Positions 46,440-58,282 of a stretch of DNA of 64,000 bases are shown here, piece after piece (the stretch's first letter is position 1; the number at the start of each line of letters is the position of its first letter). A program made the translations under genes and the position numbers. The DNA comes from the human T2T-CHM13v2.0 reference genome, Homo sapiens. The stretch lies in the NCBI RefSeq assembly GCF_009914755.1, contig NC_060940.1; one strand, written 5' to 3'. Under the pieces are notes generated by a model. That model saw nothing but the letters and a program-made list of their open reading frames with translations. It did not search any database and was not told where the DNA came from.

Positions 46440-46590
46440 ATGCCCCTTGGATTGAAAGTGCAAGTCCAGTTGACCTCAAATGCTCTAATGTTGTAATGTC
46501 CATAAACTTGGCTAGGAGGACTGCTGTTACCCTTTGTAAGACTCCAAAGTTATCCACTGTCAATGATTAGCTGAGCTCTCTTTCTGACAG
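46440..46590 (+). promoter_or_regulatory. Putative ACSM2A proximal promoter with HNF1-like site
   Basis: GTCAATGATTAGC 46559-46571 (2 mismatches to GTTAATNATTAAC); CAAGTCCA and CAAAGTT nuclear-receptor-like half sites nearby. Confidence 0.5.
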
Positions 46591-46722
46591 TGCAGGGATT
46601 CTGAAGCTGTCTGCTTGAGTTACTGTGCTCTCTTCCAAGGCTATAGGAGTTCTGGAGCTGCTGGCTGGAGAGGAGGGTGGACGAAGCTCTCTCTAGAAAG
46701 ACATCCTGAGAGGACTTGGCAG
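46590..46722 (+). other. ACSM2A: ACSM2A non-coding exon 1 (start approximate)
   Basis: Strong donor CAG|GTGAGC at 46722/46723; unique sequence matching my recollection of the ACSM2A/B 5'UTR; HNF1-like site just upstream. Confidence 0.7.
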
Positions 46723-47153
46723 GTGAGCACTGTTTCAAGGAATGGGCTGATGGGGTCATAATCCATGATAACCTCACCAATCTTTTAGAGTCACAGCTGG
46801 TGAGAAGAGCAAAAATCCTCACAGAAAAGCAGAAATTCCTAGGGACCATGAAAGACAGTACCTGCCAAGTCTTAGGAGGAAACACTGGGCAGAGGAAAAG
46901 GCACGTTTATGGCAGCAACAGGGAGAGACGAGGGCAGCTGGAAAAAGGTGGTAACAGGGGGCTGGTAGTTGGGTGGTGGTCAGAGAAGGATGAATCTCAG
47001 AGGAGGTGAGACCAGAAGAATGAAGAAGAGCTTATTATGGAAAAAGAGAGGGACCAGCAGGTACAAAGGCAATGTGTAGTTCTGCTCAGGAGCTGGTACA
47101 GTAATCTTCAATTCTTATTCCGTAGAAAAAAAGGAGACAGAAATGTCAGACGC

Positions 47154-47702
47154 TGTGATGGTTAATACTGAGTGTCAATTGATTGAATTGAAGGATACAA
47201 AGTGTTGATCCTGGATGTGTCTGTGAGGGTGTTGTCAAAAGAGATTAACATTTGAGTCGGTGGGCTGGGAGAGGCAGACCCACCCTTAATCTGGGTAGGA
47301 ACCACCTAATCCAGCATGACTAGAATATAAGCAGGCAGAAAAATATGAAAAGAGAGACTGGCCTAGCTTCCCAGCCTAGATCTTTCTTCCGTACTGGATG
47401 CTTCCTGCCCTTGAACATCAGACTCCAGGTTCTTCAGTTTTGGAACTCAAACTGGCTCTCCTTGCACCTCAGCCTGCAGATGGCCTATTGTGGGACCTTG
47501 TGATCATGTGAGTTAATACTGAATAAACTGTATATATATATACAGTTGTGTATATATATATACACACATACATATGTTAATACTTAGTAAACTCATATAT
47601 ATACTTATATATATGAGTTTATATGTATTACTTATACATATGAGTTTATAAAATATATATATTCCATTAGTTCTGTTTCTCTAGAGAACCCTGACTAATA
47701 CA
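47154..47702 (+). mobile_element. MLT2A LTR (5' LTR of HERV-L)
   Basis: Starts tgtgatggttaatactgagtgtcaa, ends ccctgactaataca; followed by tRNA-Leu PBS-like TGGTACCAGAAGTGG (47708-47722). Confidence 0.85.
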
Positions 47703-49593
47703 GATTTTGGTACCAGAAGTGGTTCTAGAGGAAAAGAATATTAAGGATGGAGTTCTTTTGTTGGTTTTGGGGTTTCTGGAGTTGGCACCTTAATATGATT
47801 AGACCCCAAAATACTAAGGACTCTACTTCTAATAGTATGGAGAAGACTGATAGCCCTTGGTGTGAACTGTTTAAAGAGTTATACAAAATAAATGCATTTG
47901 ACACTCCTGATTCATTGCTCATGAGAGGCAAGGAGTTTAGTGACCCTATACATCATACCTTTGACCATATGTGGAGAACCAAGGAACATAATGAAGCTGG
48001 TTGGTTGCTCCTAAGTTCAGTGGATAAAGTGATGAAAGAAAATGATGAACTCGGGGATTCTATCTCACGGCTTCAGAAGCAGATACTGAGCCTCAAATCT
48101 GCCAAGATTGCCCTGAGTGAGAGTCTAATCTCCTGTAGAGAAAGAACTGAAATTGTGGAAAAATAGACATAAGCTCTTATCATGTTAGTGGCTGACCTGC
48201 AATGAAAGGTGCATGCACAGCCTCACCATGCACAGCCTCACCAAGTATCTACTGTTAAAGTGAGGGCATTGATTGTTTTGCAGGAAGTCAGGGACCCTGA
48301 ATGGAGGGATCGGCCAGAGCTGAGGCAGAAGAACATAAATTGTGAAGATTTCATGGATATTTATCACTTCCCAAAATTAATACTTTTATAATTTCTTATG
48401 CCTGTCTTTACTGCAATCTCTGAACATAAATTGTGAAGATTTCATGGACATTTATCACGTCCCCAATTAACACTCTTATAGTTTCTTATGCCTATCTTTA
48501 CTTTAATCTCTTAATCCTGTTATCTTCATAAGCTCAGAATGTAATTCACCTCAGGACTACTATTGCACAAATGGATTGTAAAACATGTGTGTTTGAACAA
48601 TATGAAATCAGTATACCCGGAAAAAGAACAGAATATCAGTGATTTTCAGGGAACAATGGAAGATAACTATAAGGTCTGACTGCCTGCAGGGTCGGGCAGA
48701 ATAGAGCCATATTTTTCTTCTTGCAGAAAGCCTATAGAAGGATGTGCAAGTAGGAGAAATATTGCTGAATTCTTTTCCCAGCATGGAAGAACCCTGGGGA
48801 AGGAATGCATTCCTGGGGGTAGGTCTATAGATGGCCGCTCTGGGAGTGTTTGTCTTATGCGGTTGAGATAAGGACTGAAATACGCCCTGGTGTCCTGCAG
48901 TACCCTCAGGCTTACTAGGATTGGGAAATTCCAGCCGGGTAAATTCTAGTCAGAGTGGTTCTCTGTTCTCAAACCCTGTTTCCTGTGAAGATGTTTATCA
49001 AGACAATGTGTGCACAGCAGGACATAGACCCTCATCAGTAATTCTAATTTTGCCTTTGCCTTGTGATCTTTACTGCCCTTTGAAGCATGTGATCCTTGTG
49101 ACCTACTCCCTGTTCGTACACCCTCTCCTCTTTTAAAATCCCTAATAAAAACTTGCTGGTTTTGCTGCTCGGGGTCACCATCATAGTCCTACCACTATGT
49201 GATGACAGCCCCAGAGGCCCAGCTGTAAAATTTCTGTCTTTGTACTCGTTCTCTTTATTTCTCAGACCGGCCGACACTTAGGAAAAATAGAAAGAACCTA
49301 TGTTCAAATATTGTGGGCTGGTTCCCCTGATAGATTGGAAAAGAATGAGACCCTGCAACTTGGAATGGGGAGGTATGGGAGGACACTGGTGAAGCTGGGG
49401 TCACTGACTTTGTAAACTCCAATGAACTTTTTTTGCCAGAAGAAACAACTTCCTCCCCACCCAGTAGTGGCAGCATTCTCTCCCTAACCCATGCTGCCAT
49501 CAGCCTTTCCACCTTTGTCTGAGGAGGTAAACTCTGTGCTGCCTGAGGCAATAGTGATGGCCTCCCCTGAGGCAGTTGCCAAGCAAGATAATG
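47703..49593 (+). mobile_element. HERV-L internal 5' region (degenerate gag), split by MER11 and truncated at an L1
   Basis: ORF 47747-48166 resembles the ERV-L Gag N-terminus; sequence resumes 'gattggaaaagaatg' after MER11. Confidence 0.8.
48276..49332 (+). mobile_element. MER11 solo LTR (HERV-K11/HML-8 type)
   Basis: 'ggaagtcagggacc' start, internal ~91-bp repeat, 'gctggttcccc.gata' end, TSD gattg. Confidence 0.85.
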
Positions 49594-52500
49594 AGAAATA
49601 ACAATCAGTACAGTTTGGCTCTCAGAAAGCCACATCCCTAGGAAAAGGGAAAGAGTACTACATCAGGGGAACATCCCATGGGAAAAAAGAATCTGAACAA
49701 TAGCCTTGAGCCCCAGATCTTCCCTCTAACATAGCCTACCCAAATGAGAAGGAACCAGGAAAACGATTCTGGGAATATGACAAAACAAGGCTGTTTAACA
49801 CCTCCCCCCAAAAATCACACTAGCTCACCAGCAATGGATCCAAACCAAGAAGAAACTCCTAATTTACCTGAGAAAGTATTCAGAAGGGCAATTCTTAAGC
49901 TAATCAAAGAGGCACCAGAAAAGCTGAAGTCCAATTTAAGGAAAAAAAAAAAATACAAGTTATGAGGGGAGAAATCTTCAGTGAAATAGATAGCATACAT
50001 AAAACAATCATAACTTTAGGAAATAAAGAACACAGAGAAAAACACACTGAAAAGCCTCAACAATAGAATTGAACAAGCAGAAGAAATAACTTCAGAGCTT
50101 GAAGACAAGATTTTTGACTTAGCCAAATCCAACAAAGACAAAGAAAAAAAAATTTTCAATGAACAAAGCCTCCAAGAAGTTTGGGGTTGTGTTAAATGAT
50201 CAAATCTAAGAATAATTGGCATCCTTGAGATAGAAGAGAAATCTAAAAGTTTGGGAAATGTATTCAAGGAAATAATCAAGGAAAACTTTCCCGGCCTTGC
50301 TAAAGACCTAGACATCCAAATATAAGAAGCTCAAAGAACACCTGGGAAATTCATTGCAAAAAGATCATTGCCTAGGCACATTGTCATCAGGTTATCTAAA
50401 GCCAAGATGAAGGAAAGAATCTTAAGAGCTGTGAGGCAAAAGCACCAGGTAATCTATAATGGAAAACCTGTCAGATTAACAGCAGATTTCTCAGCAGAAA
50501 TCCTACAAGCTAGAAGGGATTGGGGCCCTATCTTCACACTCCTTAAAAACAAATTATCAGCCAAGAATTTTGTATCCAGTGAAACTAAGCTTCATAAATG
50601 AAGGAAAGATGCAGTCTTTTTCAGACAGAGAAATACTGAGAGAATTCACTACTAGAAAGCCAGCACTACAAGAACTGCTAAAAGGAGCTTTAAATCTTGA
50701 AACAAATCCTGGAAACACATCAAAATAGAACCTTTTTAAAGCATAAACCTCACATGACCTATAAAACAAAAATACAATAAAAAAAAAACCCAAGCTACAC
50801 AGGCAACAAATAGCACAATGAATGGAATAGTACCTGACATCTCAATACTAATGTTGAATGTAAACGGCCTAAGTACTCCATTTAAAAGATACAGAATTGC
50901 ATTATTGATAAGAATATGCCAACCAAGTATCTACTGCTTTCAAGAGACTCATCTAACACAAGAACTCACATAAACTTAAGGTAAGGGGGTGGAAAAAGAC
51001 ATTCCATGCAAATGGACACCATAAACAAGCAGGAGTAGCTATATTTATAACAGACAAAACAAACTTTAAAGCCACAGCAGTTAGAAAAGACAAAGAGGGA
51101 CATTATGTAATGATAAAAGGTCTTGTCCAACAGGAAGACATCACAATTCTAAATATATATGCACCTAATACTGGAGCTCCCAAATTTATGAAACAGTTAC
51201 TACTAGACCTAAGAAATAATATAAACAGCAACACAATAATAGTGGGGGACTTCAATACTCCACTGACAGAACTAAACAGGTCATCAAGACATAAAGTCAA
51301 CAAAGAAACAATTGATTTAAACTGTACCGTAAAACAGATGAATTTAACAGATATTTACAGAACATTCTACCCAACAACCATGGAATACACATTTTATTCA
51401 TCAGTGCATGGAACTTTCTCCAAGATAGACCATATGATAGGCCACAAAACAAGTCTCAATAAATCTGAGAAAAGTGAAATTATATCAAGTACTCTCTCAG
51501 ACCACCTTGGAATAAAATTGGAAATCAACTCCAAAAGGAATCTTCAAAATCACGTGAATACGTGGAAATTAAATAACCTGTTCCTGAATGATCATTGGAT
51601 CAACAATGAAATCAAGATGGAAATTTAAAAATTTCTCACACTGAAGGATAATAGTGACACAAGCTATCAAAACTTCTAGGATACAGCAAAGATGGTACTA
51701 AGAGGAAAGTTCATAGCCTTAAATGCCTTCATCAAAAAGTCTGAAAGAGCACAAATAGACAATCTAAGGCCACACCTCAAGGAACTAGACAAACAAGAAC
51801 AAATCAAACCCAAACCCAGCATAAGAAAGGAAATAACCAAGATCAGAGCAGAACTAAATGAAATTGAGATAAAAAAATACAAAAGATAAATGAAACAAAA
51901 TCTGGTTCTTTGAAAAGACAAATAAGATTGGTAGACCATTAGGAAGATTAACCAAAAAAAAAAAAAGAACAAAGAAAATCCAAATAAGCTCAATTAGAAA
52001 GGAAATGGGAGATATTACAACCGACACCACAGAAATACAAAAGATCATTCAAGGCACTACAAACAGCTTTATGCACATAAGCTAAAAAACTTGGAGGAGA
52101 TGGATAAATTCTTGGGAAGATACAACCCTCCTAGCTTAAGTCAGGAAGAATTAGAAAGCCTGAACAGACCAATAACAAGCAGCGAGATTAAAATGGTAAT
52201 ACAAAAATTATCAACAACAACAACAACGACAACAAAAAAGCCATGACCAGATGAATTCACAGCTGAATTCTACCAGACATTCAAAGAAGAATTGGTACCA
52301 ATCCTATCGACGCTATTCCACAAGATAAAGAGGGAATCCTCCCTAAATCATTCTATGAAGCCAGTATTACCCTCATACCCAAACCAGAAAAGGATGTAAC
52401 AAAGAAAGAAAACTACAGACCAATATCCTTGATGAACATAGATGCAAAAATTCTTAATTAGCTGCCAGCTAACTGAATCCAACAGCATATCAAAAAGATA

Positions 52501-54285
52501 ATCCACCATGATGAAGTGGGTTTCATATCAGGGATGCAGGAATGGTTTAACGTACACAGGTCAATAAATGTGATACACCACATAAACAGAATTAAAAACA
52601 AAAATCAAATTATTATCTCAATAGATGTAGAAAAAGCATTTGACAAAAATCCAGCATCCTCTTATGATTAAAACCCTCAGCAAAATCAGCATACCATGGA
52701 TATACCTTAATGTAATAAAAGCCATCTATGATAAACCCACAGGCAACATAATAGTGAATGGGGAAAAGTTGAAAGCATTCCCTCTGAGAACTAGAACAAG
52801 ACATGAATGCTTACTCTCACCACTTGTATCCAGTATAGTACTGGAAGTCCTAGCCAGATCAATCAGACAAGAGAAAGAAATAAATGTCCTCCAAATTGGT
52901 AAAGAGGAAGTCATACAGTAGCTCTTTGCTGTTAATATGATTGTATACCTAGAAGACCTTAAAGACTCCTCCAAAGAACTCCTACAACTAATAAATGAAT
53001 TCAGCAAAGTTTCAGGACACAAAATTAATGTACAAAAACCAGTAGCTCTGCCATACTTTAATAGCAACCAAGCTGAGAATTAAATCAAGAACTCAACCCC
53101 TTTTATAATAGCTGCAAAAAAAAAATACTTAGGAATATACCTAACCAAAGACCTATTCAAGGAAAACTACAAAACCCTGCTGAAAGAAATCATAGATGAC
53201 ACAAACAAATGGAAACACATCCTATGCTCATGGATGGGTAGAATAAATATTGTAAAAATGACTATATTGCCAAAAGCAATATACAAATTCAGTGCAATTC
53301 CCATCAAAATACCACCATCATTCTTCACAGAACTAGAAAAAAAATCCAAAAATATTGTATCTATATATCTATATATACTATATATTATATATCTAATATA
53401 TCTAGATATATATGTATTATATATTTATGGATAACATATCTCCATATATACTATATATAGTATATGCAGTTATGTAGTATATATAACATATTTATAATAT
53501 AATATATGGATATAGTATATGTATTATTATATAATACATAATATTACATTATATATTATATAATGTGTTATATACAATATAAATGTATAATACCCATATA
53601 TTATATATAATATATCCATATAATATAGTATATATATTTTTTATATATATATATATGTATTTTTTGCCACACTCCTGTGCCTTTCTTCATTCCAAGCTCA
53701 TGGATATATAATATATCTATATATCTCTATATCTGTCTATATATATATCATCTTCCATGAAGTCCGTATGGTATGGGAGGGAGACAGCATGAGCTTGGAA
53801 GGAAGAAAGGCACAGGAGTGTGGCAATGTATATTACATATATATAATATATATATTATATAAACATAAATATATATAAAAAATAATTTTTTATATTTTTT
53901 AGGTATATACTATATAATACATACATAGTATATATTATATATATATATATATAATGAAATACTACTCAGCCATGAAAAAGAATGACTTAGTGGCATTCGC
54001 AGCAACCTGGATGGGATTGGAGACCATCGTTCAAAGTGAAGTAATTCAGGAATGGAAACCCAAGCATCATATGTTCTCAGCCATAAGTGGGAGCTAGGGT
54101 ATACATTGGTGCAAAGGCATGAGAATGATACAATAAACTTTGAGGACTTGGGGGAAATGATGGGAAGGAGGTGAGGAATAAAAGGGTACAAAGTGGGTTA
54201 AGTGTATACTGTAAGTGTTAAGTGTATACTCCTCGGGTGATGGGTGCACAACAATGTCACAAATCACCAATAAAGAACTTATATA
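49594..54285 (+). mobile_element. Large L1 (L1PB-like): ORF1 and ORF2 remnants with an internal deletion replaced by AT-rich filler (53350-53952)
   Basis: Endonuclease peptide in ORF 51110-51628 (ILNIYAPN, GDFNTPL, SDH); RT-region peptides 52640-53350; many stops and frameshifts; 3'UTR 53953-54285. Confidence 0.9.
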
Positions 54286-55121
54286 GAAACAACAATTATG
54301 ACAGCTGTAATTTCTAAAGTGATTGTGTTAGGTCCTGTGCACTAGATGGATAGGACCTGGGATTTAGGATTTATCAGTCCAGATTCACTTTAAAGAAAAG
54401 GATGCTACTTGTATTAGTTAGCATTTGCTACAGTAACAAACACCCTATACATCTTAGTAGCTTTTAGTCATGCATATTTTCCCCTATGGGTCTGTGTGTT
54501 GCTAGTGGCCATGCTAGGCTCAGCTCAACTCCACATTTCTTGTTGTTCTGGGTCCCAGTCTGAAGGTACAGCATGATCTGGGTTATGCAAGTCTCATGCA
54601 GAGGGGAGAAATGTGAGAATTTCTGATGAACCGTAGAATCCCAGACACTCACATCTCGTTGACCAAAGCATATCTCATGAGCAAGCCAAAGTCAATGAGA
54701 GGTGGATACATATTCTTCCTCCTAAATGCACTGGGAAGTCACTTGAAAATGAATGGGGATTTATAATCCTAGAACGGAAAGGGAGTGAATTGCTGGGAAC
54801 AACTATCCCATCTATGACCCACTGTATTTTAAGCACAAGGGGATTTATTACATGGAAATGGGCGTTCACAAAACTGTCAGAAGTGTTGAAGATGTGGGAT
54901 CTAGGACTGGGTCTGTATCCTCTTATGCCTTTAGAAAACAGCACCCCACAAGGAGACTGAAACAGATGCTGAGTGCCAATTTACTCATAACTACAGCAAA
55001 TTAATTCCTGGGAAGAATCCTATAAGGTTGGGATGAATCTCCTGAAGCCGCTGATGATCAGTAGAGCAATCTGTTAAAGAAGCTCTCACCTGTGTCTCTT
55101 CTTTCTTTTACAGGCCTGAAT

Positions 55122-55298
55122 ATGCATTGGCTGCGAAAAGTTCAGGGACTTTGCACCCTGTGGGGTACTCAGATGTCCAGCCGCACTCTCTACATTAATA
55201 GTAGGCAACTGGTGTCCCTGCAGTGGGGCCACCAGGAAGTGCCGGCCAAGTTTAACTTTGCTAGTGATGTGTTGGATCACTGGGCTGACATGGAGAAG
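55122..55298 (+). CDS. ACSM2A: ACSM2A exon 2 coding part (MHWLRKVQG...WADMEK)
   Basis: Acceptor ttttacag| at 55113, ATG 55122, donor AAG|gtaatg; 59 codons. Confidence 0.93.
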
Positions 55299-55654
55299 GT
55301 AATGGGGTGGAAAAGAGGCACAGAGTGAGACAATTTTGTTGACTTTTAAAATTCATCCATTAATTCAGTAAATATTTGTTAAGTACTTATTACATGTAAG
55401 GCACTGTAATAAGCTATGGACAAGACACTCGTCTTCCATGAAGGCAGTATGGTATGGGAGAGAGACAGCATGAGCTTGGAAGGAAGAAAGGCACAGGAAT
55501 GTGGCAACCTGGTAACTCCCAGGCAGCCAACACACAGTTTGTTTACACTATATGTAGACTGCACATGCTCTGTTGTGACCTCCCAGGGTGAAATGAGGAC
55601 TTTTGGTCTGGGGTCGTAGAAGAGGCGGGTTTGAATCTAATAATAGCAAATCAA

Positions 55655-55850
55655 GCCTGGGCAACACAGTGAGACTCTGTCTCTACCAAAAATGTTTAAA
55701 ACAAAATTAGCCAGGCATGGTGGCACATACCTGCAGTCCTAGCTACTCAGGAGATTGAGGTGGCAAGATTGCTTGAGCCCAGGAGTTGGAGGCTGCAGTG
55801 AACTGTGATCACACCACCGCACTCCACAGAGTGAGATTCTCTCTCAAAAA
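55655..55850 (+). mobile_element. Partial AluJ-like
   Basis: Right-arm Alu sequence. Confidence 0.75.
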
Positions 55851-56799
55851 AGTGGGGGGCAAATCAGCACTGAACAAAGACTGAGTCTTCCCAGAAAGTT
55901 AGGTCACGTGTCCCTGTCAATAGAGGTGTGCAAGTAAGATAGCTACGAGGTGACAGTTATCAAAAGGGCTTCAATATGAGACATCCAAGAAAGAAAAAGA
56001 TGAAGAAATTTCTGAGTTTCCTTCCCAGCCCTGAGCGTCTAGAATTTTAATCCATTCACTGCTGATCCATCAATTGCCTTCACCTGAAGTCCTATGACTC
56101 TTTCTGTAGGATGGAAGGATTCATTCTGGCTAGGGTAGGGGAAGGGGTGGAGCTACCAGCATGAACTTAATACATTGGTGCTCAAAAAGAGTCACGATTA
56201 TGACATGATGTCCTAAGTTCCCTACACTATGAAACAGTCTTAGTGTGGAGATTGCAAATGCCTTGCCTCTAGGCTGAAGACGGCCCTAGGTGTGGGTACT
56301 CTTAAAAAAAATAAGGTTCAACATTTTAAAATTGAAAATTTTCAAACAGAAATTTAGATTTCTGGATTTTTTAAAGTTATACTTCCTTTAAATATTGAGG
56401 AAGGCCCTTTAAATATTCAGGAAGGCCCTTACTACCATGACTCACCATTCTGAATCCATAAAAGTAAATTTGCTATATAAACATCAAAAAATATTTCCAT
56501 TCACAAATAACACCATTAGCAAAATAAATGACTAATGAAAACCATGGGGAAAATATTCAACTCATATAACAGCAAAAAAGTTAATAATATAAAGTGAGCT
56601 TGTAGAAACCAAGAATAAAAAGGTGCAACTCATTATAAAACCAGGCAAAGTATATGAACAGATAGTTCACAAAAAAGTGAACTCAAATGGCCATTAAATA
56701 TAAAAATTTCTCACCCTCCCTCATAATAAAAGTAATGCAAGTGATAATTTTGCTGAAATAACTTTTATGCACCTGTCTTGTTAGTCAAATACAAAAGGT

Positions 56800-57465
56800 T
56801 GTTTTTTTCTTTCAGAAAAAATAGTTTAATTATCACAAGACATCTTAGTGGAAGGATGGGAAATATTTCTCAAATCTGCCCCCTTGAAAGCTCAGAGACT
56901 AGGGTTTTCAAAGATAATTTGGAGGGCAGGGGGCTAAGGAATGGGTGCTACTGATTGCTTGGGAATGAAATTATAGAGATGTGAGAAATGTCTTCAAGTG
57001 CTGAGTTTGTTTCTGGGTGAGGCAGACACAGGACAGGTAAAGTCAGTTCCTTGCTGTAGAATCACAGGTCTAGGTAGTGTCAGTAACTTTTCCAGAATGC
57101 AAATGTCTGAAAAATATCTCAAAGGTCAGTCTTAGATTTTACAATAGTGATGTTAACTACAGGAGCAACTGGTGAAGTTACAAAGTGTGACTTCTGGTTA
57201 CATGACTCCTAAGCAGTAAGCAAGCTAGGGAACAATGGCTGGTTATTGCTTAACTATGCTTATAGCTTAGCAGAATTGAGGCCCCTACCATCTACCATAA
57301 TTCTAATGCTGTGGAATTGCATTAATTTCACAAAGGGGTTTAGGTCCCTGAACAAGAAGGGAGTTGGTTTCAGGAAGAGACTGTTGTCATCCTTGCTTTA
57401 AAGTTAAATTATAAACTAAATTCCTCCTATAGTTAGCTTGGTCTATGCCCAGGAATGAGCAAGAA
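56800..57465 (-). mobile_element. ERV1 LTR fragment (LTR8-like)
   Basis: Colinear similarity to the element at 61413-62139. Confidence 0.6.
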
Positions 57466-57957
57466 CAAAATACAAATCTTTAACAACTCTATTAGCAAGG
57501 CTGTGAGGAAACAGACACTCTCATGTGTTACCAAAAAGTGCTATAACTCTGATGGAGGCAAATTTTGAAATATCTAATAAAATTGCTAACATGTTTTGTT
57601 TTTGATTTTGCATCATTACTCTCAAACTATGATCTGAGAACCCCTGAGGATACATGAGACTCTTTCAGGGGATATGCGAAGGGTCTATTTTACAATAAAA
57701 CAGAGAAATTAGAACCCTTATGCATCATGATGGGTATGTAAAATGTTACAGCTATTATGGAAAGCAATATAACATTTTCTCAAAAAATTAAAAAATAGAA
57801 TTCCCATTCAGCAATTCCAACTCTGGGTATACACCAAAAAAAACTTAAAATCAGGGTTTCTGAGGAATATGTGTACACTCATGTTCACAGTAGCTTTATT
57901 CACAGTAGTTGGAAGGTCAAACAGCCCAAATATCTATCAACAAATAGACAAAAAATA

Positions 57958-58250
57958 AACCATCATTCTCAGCAAACTATCGCAAGGACAAAAAAACCAA
58001 ACACCGCATGTTCTCACTCATAGGTGGGAATTGAACAATGAGAACACATGGACACAGGAAGGGGAACATCACACACTGGGCCTGTTATGGGGTGGGGGGA
58101 GGGGTGAGGGATAACATTAGGTGATATACCTAATGTTAAATGACGAGTTAAGCTGTGCAGCACACCAACATGGCACATGTATACATATGTGACAAACGTG
58201 CACGTTGTGCACATGTACCCTAAAACTTAAAGTATAATAATAAAAAAAGA
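57958..58250 (+). mobile_element. Young L1PA (L1PA3-5-like) 3' fragment
   Basis: Primate L1PA 3'UTR with G-rich tract and A tail. Confidence 0.88.
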
Positions 58251-58282
58251 AATATCAGGCAAATCCAACCAAAAAAAAAAGA

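Noticed and set aside
47747-48166. 139-aa Gag-like ORF as a domesticated gene
   Set aside because: Truncated by a stop, interrupted downstream by MER11 and cut off by L1; ordinary HERV-L remnant.
48331-48515. ~91-bp direct repeat
   Set aside because: Intrinsic feature of MER11 LTRs as I recall them.
51110-51628. 172-aa endonuclease-like ORF / active L1
   Set aside because: Fragment of a heavily mutated, 5'-truncated and internally deleted L1.
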